DNA of 53,263 nucleotides from Flavobacteriales bacterium (lineage in GTDB: Bacteria; Bacteroidota; Bacteroidia; Flavobacteriales_F; PHOS-HE28): positions 1 through 53,263 of the forward strand of contig JAEUTB010000205.1 of the NCBI GenBank assembly GCA_016787995.1, read 5' to 3'. This document shows, piece by piece, positions 9,391-18,486 of the stretch (positions within the stretch are counted from its first letter, which is position 1; each line of letters starts with the position of its first letter). The position numbers and the translations under genes were made by a program. The notes under the pieces are model-generated. The model saw nothing but the letters and a program-made list of their open reading frames with translations. It was not told where the DNA came from and searched no databases.

Positions 9391-10479
9391 ATGAAGTCCG
9401 TCCCGCTGTTCACCGGTGTATCGCTGCTCCTCCTGCTCACCGCCTGCAATGTGAACAAGGTGGTCGAGAAGCGGAACCTGAGATCGTTCGAAGAGAGTGG
9501 CATGGTGCAGCGCACCTTTATCGATGCTGCTGGTCCACACTTCACGTGGGTGAGCAAAGACCTTGGTTCCGGCGCCAAACCGAAGTTGATGTTGGTGCAT
9601 GGCATCACCAGCAGCAGCACCATGTGGGCAGGGAATCTCGCCGGTCTTTCGGAGCGTTTCGACCTGATCGTACCTGACTTGATCGGACACGGTAAGACCA
9701 CTGCGCAATGGAGCGGTTCCAGCGTGGACGTGCAAGTCGCGCACCTGGCCTTGCTGCTGGATAGTCTGGGTGTGAAGGAGCCCGTGTACGTGGTGGGCAA
9801 TTCTTACGGCGGTGCCATCAGTGCGAACTTCGCCGAACAACACCCGCATCGCACACGGGCCTTGGTCATTTACGATGGGCCTGCGAGCGATTACACCAGT
9901 GCCATCGCCGATAGTGTGGCACGCAGTCGAGGCGCAACGGACATCGCCGATCTGTTCACTCCGGAGAACCCCGATGAGATGTACCGCCTCATGGCCACCA
10001 GCCTCTACGAGCCTCCCAAGGTGCCCGGGTTCGCTCGAAAGCAGTTGTTCAAGAAGTTCTCCGCCCATCAGTCCACCTATCTGGGTCTGTTGCAGGACCT
10101 GTTGAAGAACGAACAGCGCTATGCACAGAAGCACTATTTGTGGACCATGCCGGTCTACGTGCTGTGGGGTGAAGGGGACAAGCTCATCCCATTATCGGTG
10201 GGTCGTGGTATCGCGACGCGCAATGATCTGCCAGCTGACCATTTGATCATCATTCCGAAAGCCGGGCATGCTGCCAGCGTGGAACAGAAGGAGGTCTTCG
10301 AAGGGCACCTGAACAGGATCTTGAAGGATCCGCCTTGTACGGACGAGAAGCGGAGGACCGATGGCCCCTGCACCATGGAGTACGATCCCTACTGCGGCTG
10401 CGATGGCAAGACCTACCCGAATCGCTGCGGGGCTTGGCGTGCTGGTGTGCAGTTGGTATCGCGGGGGGAGTGCCAATAG
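9391..10479 (+). CDS. lipoprotein alpha/beta hydrolase with C-terminal Kazal-type domain
   Basis: lipobox LLTAC; LVHG, PDLIGHG, GNSYGG nucleophile elbow, WGEGD, AGH; C-terminal CTMEYDPYCGCDGKTYPNRC..GEC. Confidence 0.9.
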   Translation: MKSVPLFTGVSLLLLLTACNVNKVVEKRNLRSFEESGMVQRTFIDAAGPHFTWVSKDLGSGAKPKLMLVHGITSSSTMWAGNLAGLSERFDLIVPDLIGHGKTTAQWSGSSVDVQVAHLALLLDSLGVKEPVYVVGNSYGGAISANFAEQHPHRTRALVIYDGPASDYTSAIADSVARSRGATDIADLFTPENPDEMYRLMATSLYEPPKVPGFARKQLFKKFSAHQSTYLGLLQDLLKNEQRYAQKHYLWTMPVYVLWGEGDKLIPLSVGRGIATRNDLPADHLIIIPKAGHAASVEQKEVFEGHLNRILKDPPCTDEKRRTDGPCTMEYDPYCGCDGKTYPNRCGAWRAGVQLVSRGECQ

Positions 10480-10702
10480 CGGGGTTTCCCAACGATCGAT
10501 CGTTCATAGGGTCTATCGGCGCTTTCCTGCGGACGTGGGTGGGAACGACCTGTTTGTCGGGCGTTCCAGGGTGATCATCTATTCGATGTAACTGCGTGTG
10601 TGTGTCATCCGTTCTTTGCGGCGAGGAAGTGCGGTTCGGCCGGAACCCCGGACACGCTTCTTCGGTCTACGTTGTTCGGCATCCACCTCCATAAACCTGC
10701 AC

Positions 10703-11185
10703 ATGGAAAGGAAGAACCTGTTACCTCCGGCGTTGCTGGAACAGTTGCGCCGACACCTCTATGAGGTGAACTTCATCTACCGTCGCCTACCCGCCGTGCT
10801 GGAGCGTGCGGTGATCGCCACGCGCACCCAAAGCTGGGGCGCCTTCTTCCGCGACCAAGTGGCCAGCGCAAGGGATCAGCGCGCTGAGCTGGAACGCTTC
10901 GTGGAGGGTTGGGGCCAGCGACTGCGACCGTGCGCCTGCTCCGAAGTGGATGAACTTCTGAACGAGATCCATCATGCGCTGGCCGCGCGCCACGAAGAAG
11001 CACGCATGGAGGATCGCGTGCACGAAGTTTTCCTGCTGTTGCGGAAAGTGGTGCTGTCCCGGTTGGAAGAGGGGGTTGACCTCGCCCGCAAGTTGGGCGA
11101 TGGCGAACTCGCTTCGCGCTTGGAGTCCCTTTTCATGCAGGAAAGCGACCGCCAGCGCACCATGCCCGAGATGAAGACCGTCTGA
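10703..11185 (+). CDS. degenerate ferritin-like (DUF892/YciF-like) protein
   Basis: helix pattern LP..F..Q..LE..G..C..LLNE..ARKLG..LE..E resembles DUF892, but metal-ligand positions appear altered. Confidence 0.5.
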   Translation: MERKNLLPPALLEQLRRHLYEVNFIYRRLPAVLERAVIATRTQSWGAFFRDQVASARDQRAELERFVEGWGQRLRPCACSEVDELLNEIHHALAARHEEARMEDRVHEVFLLLRKVVLSRLEEGVDLARKLGDGELASRLESLFMQESDRQRTMPEMKTV

Positions 11186-11247
11186 ACGGTCCTATTCGAC
11201 GTGACCGTATCGATGGTCGCGCGGTCGTGATCGATGCTTGATCGCGT

Positions 11248-11976
11248 TCAATCCGCCTTGGCGCCCATCACCACGCGGTAACGGCAACGCGTATCGGTGA
11301 TGATGGCATCTGTACCACTGGTACGAGCCTCTCGCATGGGCATCAGTTCGGTCCACTCCAGGTCCTTCCGGGTCGGGTTCGCTGGCAGAGGGAGGTCTGC
11401 CGCCAACCAGGTGTGGTCTTCGATGTAGAAACTCATCGTTCGCAGATACGAACGACTACTCAGCGCCGCATGGGCGGTCACGATGAAGGTGCCATTCGCT
11501 TCGTGGTAGTTGGCCGTATCGATCGTCGCGTACTGGTTGTCCTTTGGACCGGCATAGAGGCTCATGCGGATCTTGTCCTTCGCGCGTGACTCCGGGGTGA
11601 TCAGGTGCGATGGTACGTGGACTTCTACTTCGAGCGAGAGTTCGTGTCCCTCCATCAGTGGAGGCCGAATGATGGTGAGCAGGCTAAGGCCCGCTACGCT
11701 GAAAAGTGCGACCATGGCAAGACCGATGGACAGACCGGCCGCTTTCCAGAAATGCGCCCATTCCACTGCGTGCACCAGCTTGGTACCTAACAGTCCGAGG
11801 AGCACACCGCCGATGAGACCGGCCGGGATCAGAACGAAGCCGATGAGCATACCGCGAGCACCTTCGAAGTCGCTAACCCCATGAGCTTTGGTGACACGAT
11901 CGGCGACGGGAGCCGTGATGACAGCCGTGATGATACCGGTGAGCAGTGCTACGGTGATGGCGATCTTCCAGGACAT
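11248..11976 (-). CDS. hypothetical membrane protein
   Basis: three N-terminal TM segments (including VSDFEGARG) plus a soluble beta-rich C-terminal domain; ATG 11976. Confidence 0.75.
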   Translation of the reverse strand: MSWKIAITVALLTGIITAVITAPVADRVTKAHGVSDFEGARGMLIGFVLIPAGLIGGVLLGLLGTKLVHAVEWAHFWKAAGLSIGLAMVALFSVAGLSLLTIIRPPLMEGHELSLEVEVHVPSHLITPESRAKDKIRMSLYAGPKDNQYATIDTANYHEANGTFIVTAHAALSSRSYLRTMSFYIEDHTWLAADLPLPANPTRKDLEWTELMPMREARTSGTDAIITDTRCRYRVVMGAKAD

Positions 11977-12143
11977 GGTGACACAGTGGTACTGATGATC
12001 TATGCCATGCAAAGGTGCGAAGACCGGCCGGCAGAACGCTGGTGATCGCGACAGTGAATTCGATCATGGCACCGGATGTAGATGGCGGCATGGATCCAAG
12101 GAGATCGTGTTCCGTATGGGCGGCGCGCCTTACGTTCGCATCC

Positions 12144-13367
12144 GTGCTGGCCAACGCCTTCCGTTTCTACATCAGTTCCTTTTCGGGCTTCAGCCGCGAG
12201 GTGTGGCTGCTCACGCTGGTCACCTTCATCAACCGCGCGGGTACCATGGTGGTCCCGTTCATGTCGTTGTACCTCACCAAGGACATGGGCCTTTCCTTGG
12301 AGCAGGTGGGTTGGGTGATGAGCAGCTTCGGCGCTGGCTCGGTGCTGGGCTCGTGGCTGGGTGGAAAGCTCAGCGACAAGCTCGGTTTCTACGATGTGAT
12401 GATCGCGGCCTTGCTGACGTCGGGTCTGGCGTTCATCGCGCTCCAGTTCGTGGAAGGCTTCATCCCGTTCTGCGTGGCCATCTTCCTCCTCCTGGTGCTT
12501 TCCGATGCGTACCGCCCGGCGATGTTCGTCGCCATAAGGAGTTACGCGCGCCCTGAGGATCGTACACGTGCCGTTACCTTGATCCGGTTGGCCATCAACC
12601 TAGGCTTCAGTCTGGGGCCTGCATTCGGCGGGGTCATCATCGCGGGATGGGGGTACACCGGGTTGTTCTGGGTGGATGGTCTTACGTGCATCGGTGCCAT
12701 GGCCCTGATGTGGTATGGCATCCCGAGGAAGCGGGCGCAAGCGGACAACACCAACGATCGGTCCACGTTGAAGGCATCACCCTGGTCCGATCGACCCTAC
12801 CTGTTCTTCCTACTCGCCGTGTCGTTGATCAGCATCCCCTTCCTCCAGTATTTCAGTACGGTACCTCTGTTCTACAGCGAAGTCCACCGCCTGAGTGAAA
12901 CGTACATCGGATTGCTGCTCGCGAGTAACGGCTTGCTGATCTTCCTGCTCGAGATGCCGCTGGTGAAGTACTGCGAACAGAGGCGCTTCGGATTGCATGG
13001 GATCCTCACGTTCAGCGTGGTGCTGTTCGCCCTCAGCTTCGGGGTACTGAACATCTTTCCCAATGTGCCATTCCTGTGGGTGGGCATGTTCCTGATGACG
13101 GTAGGGGAGATGTTGAACTTCCCTTTCATGAACCGCTTCGCGAACCAACGCGCGGACCGTGGTCAAGCGGGGGCATACATGGCCCTTTACACCATCGCTT
13201 GGAGCGTGGCGCATATCGTAGGTCATACACTGGGCTTGAACCTCGTGGAACGCTTCGGCTTCACGAACACATGGTACTTCTTCATCGCTGTATTGCTCGG
13301 ATGCCTTGTCCTCCTGGTCGGCGTGGATCGTATGGTGAAGGGGGAAGAGCAGCGAGCGCGGCCGTAG
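12144..13367 (+). CDS. MFS transporter
   Basis: ~12 TM segments, motif A GGKLSDKLG; GTG start chosen after a -7 box TACGTTCG. Confidence 0.9.
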   Translation: MLANAFRFYISSFSGFSREVWLLTLVTFINRAGTMVVPFMSLYLTKDMGLSLEQVGWVMSSFGAGSVLGSWLGGKLSDKLGFYDVMIAALLTSGLAFIALQFVEGFIPFCVAIFLLLVLSDAYRPAMFVAIRSYARPEDRTRAVTLIRLAINLGFSLGPAFGGVIIAGWGYTGLFWVDGLTCIGAMALMWYGIPRKRAQADNTNDRSTLKASPWSDRPYLFFLLAVSLISIPFLQYFSTVPLFYSEVHRLSETYIGLLLASNGLLIFLLEMPLVKYCEQRRFGLHGILTFSVVLFALSFGVLNIFPNVPFLWVGMFLMTVGEMLNFPFMNRFANQRADRGQAGAYMALYTIAWSVAHIVGHTLGLNLVERFGFTNTWYFFIAVLLGCLVLLVGVDRMVKGEEQRARP

Positions 13368-13378
13368 CTTGCAGCCCG

Positions 13379-13825
13379 ATGACCACTACGAACACCATCT
13401 TCAAACGACCAGTGGTCTTGCGCTGGTCCGACATCGATGCGAATTTCCACCTCCGGCATTCCGTCTTCTATGATCTGGGTGCGGCACAGCGTACCGACCT
13501 GCTGGCCTCCTTGGGGATCGGCATGCGTGATATGCAGAAGGGTGGCTACGGGCCTGTCTTGTTCCGCGAAGAGTGCCGCTTCCTGCGGGAGATCCGGATC
13601 GAGGATGCCATTGAGGTGGAGACCTCCATCGCTCACCTGAGCCGGGACTTCCGGAAGTTCGGCTTCGAGCAGCGCTTCATGCGTGGAGAAGAGCTGTGTG
13701 CCATCTTGCGCGTGGAAGGGGCCTGGTTCGATGCCCGCGCACGCAAGGTCGCAGCGCCGCCGCCCATGGTGATCGAGGCCATTCAACACGTGGCGCATAC
13801 ACAGGATTTCAACTGGCTGGACTGA
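13379..13825 (+). CDS. acyl-CoA thioesterase (4HBT/YbgC hotdog fold)
   Basis: LRWSDIDANFHLRHSVFYD motif. Confidence 0.88.
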   Translation: MTTTNTIFKRPVVLRWSDIDANFHLRHSVFYDLGAAQRTDLLASLGIGMRDMQKGGYGPVLFREECRFLREIRIEDAIEVETSIAHLSRDFRKFGFEQRFMRGEELCAILRVEGAWFDARARKVAAPPPMVIEAIQHVAHTQDFNWLD

Positions 13826-13829
13826 TCGG

Positions 13830-14405
13830 ATGCTGACCCTTGACCTTTCGATATTCCCGAACCTTCACACCGATCGCCTCGTCTTGCGCGAATTGGTGAA
13901 AGAGGACGCGTTGGCCTTGCATCGCATGCGCTCCGATGAGCGTGTGATGCGGCATATACCTCGCGACCTGGAGCAGGCTGTTGAAGAGAGCGAGCGCTTG
14001 ATCGCGACGATCGCGGAAGGCCGTGCAGCGAATAACAGCCTGACGTGGGGTATCACCATGAAGGATGGTGGTGGATTGGTCGGTACCATAGGCTATTACC
14101 GGTTGCAGTTGGAACATCATCGCGGTGAGATCGGCTATCTCCTTCACCCTGATCACTGGGGTAAAGGGTTCGCCAGCGAAGCCATGGCGGCCGCGCTGGA
14201 CCATGGTTTCCAAGCGTTCCGGTTCCACAGCATCGAGGCGGTGACCGATCCAGAGAACCATGCTTCCAACAAGCTATTGGAGCGGTCCGGATTCACCCTG
14301 GAGGCGCACTTCCGCGAGAACTACCTCCGGAACGGGAAGTTCCTTGACAGCCTGGTATGGTCCAAGCTGACACCACGCTCAGCCAAAGAGCCTTATAGCA
14401 TTTAG
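13830..14405 (+). CDS. RimJ/RimL-family GNAT N-acetyltransferase
   Basis: LHTDRLVLR, EIGYLLHPDHWGKGFASEA, NHASNKLLERSGF. Confidence 0.92.
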   Translation: MLTLDLSIFPNLHTDRLVLRELVKEDALALHRMRSDERVMRHIPRDLEQAVEESERLIATIAEGRAANNSLTWGITMKDGGGLVGTIGYYRLQLEHHRGEIGYLLHPDHWGKGFASEAMAAALDHGFQAFRFHSIEAVTDPENHASNKLLERSGFTLEAHFRENYLRNGKFLDSLVWSKLTPRSAKEPYSI

Positions 14406-14415
14406 TCGTGGAACC

Positions 14416-14811
14416 ATGAAGACCTACAAGATACCCGAGAACTACTGGCAAGTCGTTTCGGATGAGGGAGTTTGGGAAGATGATACCTGCCATCCGTTTC
14501 TTGTGTCCATAATGGAGATCGAGGTTAAAGGTCACGCGTGCACGAGTTACCAACTTGAATTTCCCTTTGATGGGTATTTGGGAGATATAAGTGACCGGTT
14601 GGAGAAGCAAGGAATTGAACTAGATGGAGACGGCTGGGAATCCCTTCTGCGAAAACTGGTGAAGTCGAAGGATCCTACTCTCGAAAAGAACCTGCGCGGT
14701 GATTCCGAGACCGAAACATGCGTTATCTGGACAGATAACAAGAGTGATTTCGAATCGTTCATGGAAATACTATTTGAATTCATCGCTGGTCCTGAGAAAT
14801 TGAAACGTTAA
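14416..14811 (+). CDS. Imm51-like immunity protein (orphan, low GC)
   Basis: GIELDGDGWESL..DPTL..DSE..CVIWTDNK resembles the Imm51 G..G..WESL..P.L..D.E..F pattern; acidic protein; AT-rich codons. Confidence 0.6.
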   Translation: MKTYKIPENYWQVVSDEGVWEDDTCHPFLVSIMEIEVKGHACTSYQLEFPFDGYLGDISDRLEKQGIELDGDGWESLLRKLVKSKDPTLEKNLRGDSETETCVIWTDNKSDFESFMEILFEFIAGPEKLKR

Positions 14812-14825
14812 GAGGAGAAGAGCAC

Positions 14826-14952
14826 CTGCACTAATAGCACCTGAAAGCCAGCAGGTCCTCATTTCTTCGACCGAAAGTGATGGGTCTAACTTGAAAGATC
14901 GGAGCTACGTGGCTGGTATGTGGTTACCTGCTGGCGATCAGCCGCAAAACGA
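14826..14952 (+). repeat. degenerate attC-like (Bacteroidota cassette-associated) palindromic element
   Basis: CACTAATAGCACCT...GCCGCAAAACG ends; internal arms CTGAAAGCCAGCAGGT 14841-14856 and ACCTGCTGGCGATCAG 14926-14941 (14/16 complementary). Confidence 0.5.
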
Positions 14953-15092
14953 CTGGGGTCTCTTGCAGAATGACCTCCGTGACTGTTTTTCGTTCAGGCG
15001 AACCTGAAGAATTGGCGCGTAGCGGTGGATATGTGACTTTCTTTCAGCGAAGTATGTGTGAGAATGTGGCAGAAGGGTCCCCGTGAAGGGAT

Positions 15093-15395
15093 CTATGCAG
15101 GACTTAATCGGCTGATGATCGCTTCGATCTCATCCTTCAGCCGTTCACACGCTCGGATCGTATCGCCGAGCAGCTCGGGGCGCGGCGTCATCGTGTTCTC
15201 GCGCACAGCATCCACGGCGGCCGGCAATCCTTCACACCGGCTATCAAGGCCCAGCCCGTGGTCCAGTTGCTGGTCGATCTCGGCGATCAATCCACTATCC
15301 ACCTGACCATGGCGCAGTTCGGTCTGCAGCATGAGCACGGTTCGCCGCAAGGTGCGGAGCTGGCGGGCCAGTTCGATGTCGGTCATGGAGGTCAT
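15093..15395 (-). CDS. small helical hypothetical protein
   Basis: 100-aa ORF with host-like codon use, divergent from the photolyase operon; start may be 15386. Confidence 0.65.
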   Translation of the reverse strand: MTSMTDIELARQLRTLRRTVLMLQTELRHGQVDSGLIAEIDQQLDHGLGLDSRCEGLPAAVDAVRENTMTPRPELLGDTIRACERLKDEIEAIISRLSPA

Positions 15396-15504
15396 CGGGG
15401 TCCAGTGGGTGGATCGGCCACGAAGATGGGGAATGAGCGACTTTCCGTGCGGAAGACCTCATTGATCGAGGAGAACATTCTACGGCGCTGATTGTTCCTG
15501 ATGC

Positions 15505-16191
15505 ATGTCCGCCATCCTCATCATCGGTGCATCACGTGGTATCGGTCACGCCTTGGCACAACGGCTTCTCCGCGATGGACGTTCAATCATCACCATGGGC
15601 CGCACCGATCCAGGCCTACAAGGATCCGGGGCACACATCATGCATGACATGGCCGGTCCTGACTTCCCGCTTGCGGAGCTACCCGACGAGCTGGGCGGTC
15701 TGGTCTACTGTCCAGGCAGCATCGACCTCAAACCGTTGCGCAGTACACGGGTCGAAGACCTTCGAGCGGCGTTCGAGATCAACGCGGTAGGTGCCTTTCG
15801 TGCGGTGCAAGCCTGCGCGGATCGGTTGAAGAAGGTCCCAGGCAGTGGAGTCGTCCTGTTCAGTACCGTGGCCGTGCAGCGTGGCATGGCTTTCCATAGC
15901 GGTGTGGCTGCGGCCAAAGGTGCGGTGGAAGGCATGGCTCGTGCGCTGGCGGCAGAACTGGCGCCCACCGTGCGCGTGAACTGTATCGCACCAAGTCTAA
16001 CGCGTACCTCCCTTGCCGAGAAACTGTTGGCCACGCTGGAGCGCGAGAAGGCCAGTGCCGATCGGCATCCGATGAAACGGGTGGGGGAGGCCGATGACAT
16101 CGCCGCCATGGCTGCATTCCTGCTGAGTTCGGAAGCGAGCTGGATAACCGGCCAGGTCTTCGGTGTTGATGGGGGCATGAGTGCGATATGA
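15505..16191 (+). CDS. SDR oxidoreductase, first gene of the photolyase operon
   Basis: IIGASRGIG, YCPGSIDL, VNCIAPSLT, ITGQVFGVDGG; the YxxxK tyrosine is replaced (VAAAK). Confidence 0.88.
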   Translation: MSAILIIGASRGIGHALAQRLLRDGRSIITMGRTDPGLQGSGAHIMHDMAGPDFPLAELPDELGGLVYCPGSIDLKPLRSTRVEDLRAAFEINAVGAFRAVQACADRLKKVPGSGVVLFSTVAVQRGMAFHSGVAAAKGAVEGMARALAAELAPTVRVNCIAPSLTRTSLAEKLLATLEREKASADRHPMKRVGEADDIAAMAAFLLSSEASWITGQVFGVDGGMSAI

Positions 16192-16192
16192 C

Positions 16193-16780
16193 ATGGCGAA
16201 TACGGAGCGGATCACGCATGTAGGTATCGACTTCGGGGCACGCAATGCGGGTACCACGGTGGTCTGTCATCAACGGAATGGCATCTTCCACTTCCAGCGT
16301 AGTGCGAAGGATGCCGATGGGGATGCTTGGCTGGAGACCACCATCGCGGCATTGCGTCCTGGAACGATCTACATCGATGCACCATTGAGTCTTCCCGGTG
16401 TCTACCAAGGGCGCGGAGACGATTACTTCTTCCGAGCGGCCGACCATCAGGCGCGTGGGATGAGTCCGATGTTCCTGGGTGGACTCACGGCGCGGGCCAT
16501 GCGGCTGGCGGCGCAATGGCGGAAACAAGGCATCACGGTGCATGAAGCCTACCCGGCCGCGCTGATCAGGCACGCGTGGGAGAGCCTCGATGTGGAACCG
16601 CGCAGGGCGATCCCGCGGAGCAAATTGAGGATAATGGCCGGCATGGTCGCGGTGCCAACACCCGAAACGCATGACCGGCACGAGGCGGACGCTTGGCTGT
16701 GCTGGGTGATCGGTCATCGCCACCAGCGCGGGGAGTCCATCATCCACGGTAATGCGGAAGAGGGTGTGATCCTGGCTTGA
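16193..16780 (+). CDS. DUF429-like predicted nuclease (RNase H-like fold)
   Basis: VGIDFG, IYIDAPLSLP, VHEAYPAA and HEADA acidic motifs. Confidence 0.7.
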   Translation: MANTERITHVGIDFGARNAGTTVVCHQRNGIFHFQRSAKDADGDAWLETTIAALRPGTIYIDAPLSLPGVYQGRGDDYFFRAADHQARGMSPMFLGGLTARAMRLAAQWRKQGITVHEAYPAALIRHAWESLDVEPRRAIPRSKLRIMAGMVAVPTPETHDRHEADAWLCWVIGHRHQRGESIIHGNAEEGVILA

Positions 16781-16783
16781 TCG

Positions 16784-16951
16784 ATGCCGAAGCATGTACC
16801 ACCGTCCTTGCGGCCCGAGAAACGATGCGTCAGTTGTGGTCGTCCCTTCCAATGGCGCAAGAAGTGGGAAAGGGTGTGGGCCGAGGTGAAATACTGCAGT
16901 GATCGATGCCGCAACAGCAAGAGCCCCGCGCAGCTCACACCGTCCGTCTGA
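16784..16951 (+). CDS. DUF2256 small Cys-rich protein (below the ORF-track length cutoff)
   Basis: [55 protein letters not shown]. Confidence 0.9.
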   Translation: MPKHVPPSLRPEKRCVSCGRPFQWRKKWERVWAEVKYCSDRCRNSKSPAQLTPSV

Positions 16952-18486
16952 TCCTGGGCGATCAGCTCAACGAGCAACACAGCTGGTTCGCCGAACCGGA
17001 CAAGAACATCTTGTTCGTTCTGATGGAAGTGCGTCAGGAGACCGACTACGCCTGGCATCACATCCAAAAGGTGTTGGGGTTCTTCGCGGCCATGCGGCGC
17101 TTTGTCGATGCACTGCGGGCTCGGGGGCATCGGGTGCTCTACCTAACGCTGGATGATCCGCGGAACGCGCAAGCCATACCGGCGAATTTGGAATGGATAC
17201 TTGCCGGAACCGGGGCACAGCGTTTCGGCTATCAACTTCCGGATGAATGGCGGTTGGACCTTCAACTGCGTGAATTCGCGGAGACGTGCGACCGCAGCGT
17301 TGAAGTGGCGGACACCGAGCACTTCCTCACCACCCGAGATGAGTTGGGTACCCTTTTCAAGGGGAAGAAGCAGTACCTGATGGAACGTTTCTACCGCGTG
17401 ATGCGCGAGCGCACGGGACTACTGATGCGCAACGGTCAGCCCGAAGGCGGTCAATGGAACTTCGATCACGACAATCGACAACGACCACCCAAGGATCATG
17501 TGCCACCGCCACCGTTGGTGTTCGACCATGACCTGCGCGAGTTGCATGGAGTGATCACGCGGGCTGGGGTGAAGACGATCGGTCATGTGGATGCGGCACA
17601 TTTCCCATGGCCGTTGGACAGAAAGGAGAGTCTGCTGTTGTTATCCTATTTCTGCGAGCATCTGTTGCACCGCTTCGGGACCTACCAGGATGCGCTTTCG
17701 CCGCAGAGTTGGTCGATGTACCATGCGCGGTTGAGCTTCAGCATGAACAGCAAGATGCTCCATCCGCTGGAGATCTGTGAAGCGGCGGAGGAGGCTTGGC
17801 GCAACGATCCCGATCGGATAACGTTGAGCCAGGTGGAGGGTTTCGTGCGGCAGATCATCGGTTGGCGCGAGTACATGCGCGGTGTCTACTGGGCGCAGAT
17901 GCCAGAGTTCGGTGAGCGCAACTTCTTCGGGCACACCGCAGCGCTGCCCGCTTGGTTCTGGACCGGTCGCACCCGTATGGCGTGCTTGCGTGATGCGATC
18001 CAAGGGAGTCTCACCAACGCTTATGCCCATCACATCCAACGCCTGATGGTGACCGGCAACTTCGCGCTGCTGGCCGGTGTGCATCCCGATGAGGTGGATC
18101 GATGGTACCTGGGCATCTATATCGATGCCATCGAGTGGGTGGAGATCACCAACACAAGGGGCATGAGCCAGTTCGCCGATGGCGGTATCGTGGGTACCAA
18201 GCCCTACGTGAGCAGCGGCAGCTACATCAATAAGATGGGCCACCACTGCGGCACCTGTTATTACGATGTGAAGGACAGGACCGGCCCGCGGGCTTGTCCG
18301 TTCAACGCACTGTACTGGTATTTCCATGCGCGCAATCGCGATCGTTTCCTCAGCGACGAAGCTCGTCCAGGGATGATGGTCCGCATGGGCATGACCTATC
18401 GTACATGGGATAAGATGACCGCGAGTGCGCGCCAAGCCTTGCTCGCGAAAGGTGATCAACTCCTCACGGACATCGAGACCCTATGA
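16906..18486 (+). CDS. FeS-cluster bacterial cryptochrome / (6-4) photolyase (PhrB/CryB class)
   Basis: [36 protein letters not shown], and four Cys in MACL, HCGTCYY and ACPFN. Confidence 0.92.
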   Translation: MPQQQEPRAAHTVRLILGDQLNEQHSWFAEPDKNILFVLMEVRQETDYAWHHIQKVLGFFAAMRRFVDALRARGHRVLYLTLDDPRNAQAIPANLEWILAGTGAQRFGYQLPDEWRLDLQLREFAETCDRSVEVADTEHFLTTRDELGTLFKGKKQYLMERFYRVMRERTGLLMRNGQPEGGQWNFDHDNRQRPPKDHVPPPPLVFDHDLRELHGVITRAGVKTIGHVDAAHFPWPLDRKESLLLLSYFCEHLLHRFGTYQDALSPQSWSMYHARLSFSMNSKMLHPLEICEAAEEAWRNDPDRITLSQVEGFVRQIIGWREYMRGVYWAQMPEFGERNFFGHTAALPAWFWTGRTRMACLRDAIQGSLTNAYAHHIQRLMVTGNFALLAGVHPDEVDRWYLGIYIDAIEWVEITNTRGMSQFADGGIVGTKPYVSSGSYINKMGHHCGTCYYDVKDRTGPRACPFNALYWYFHARNRDRFLSDEARPGMMVRMGMTYRTWDKMTASARQALLAKGDQLLTDIETL

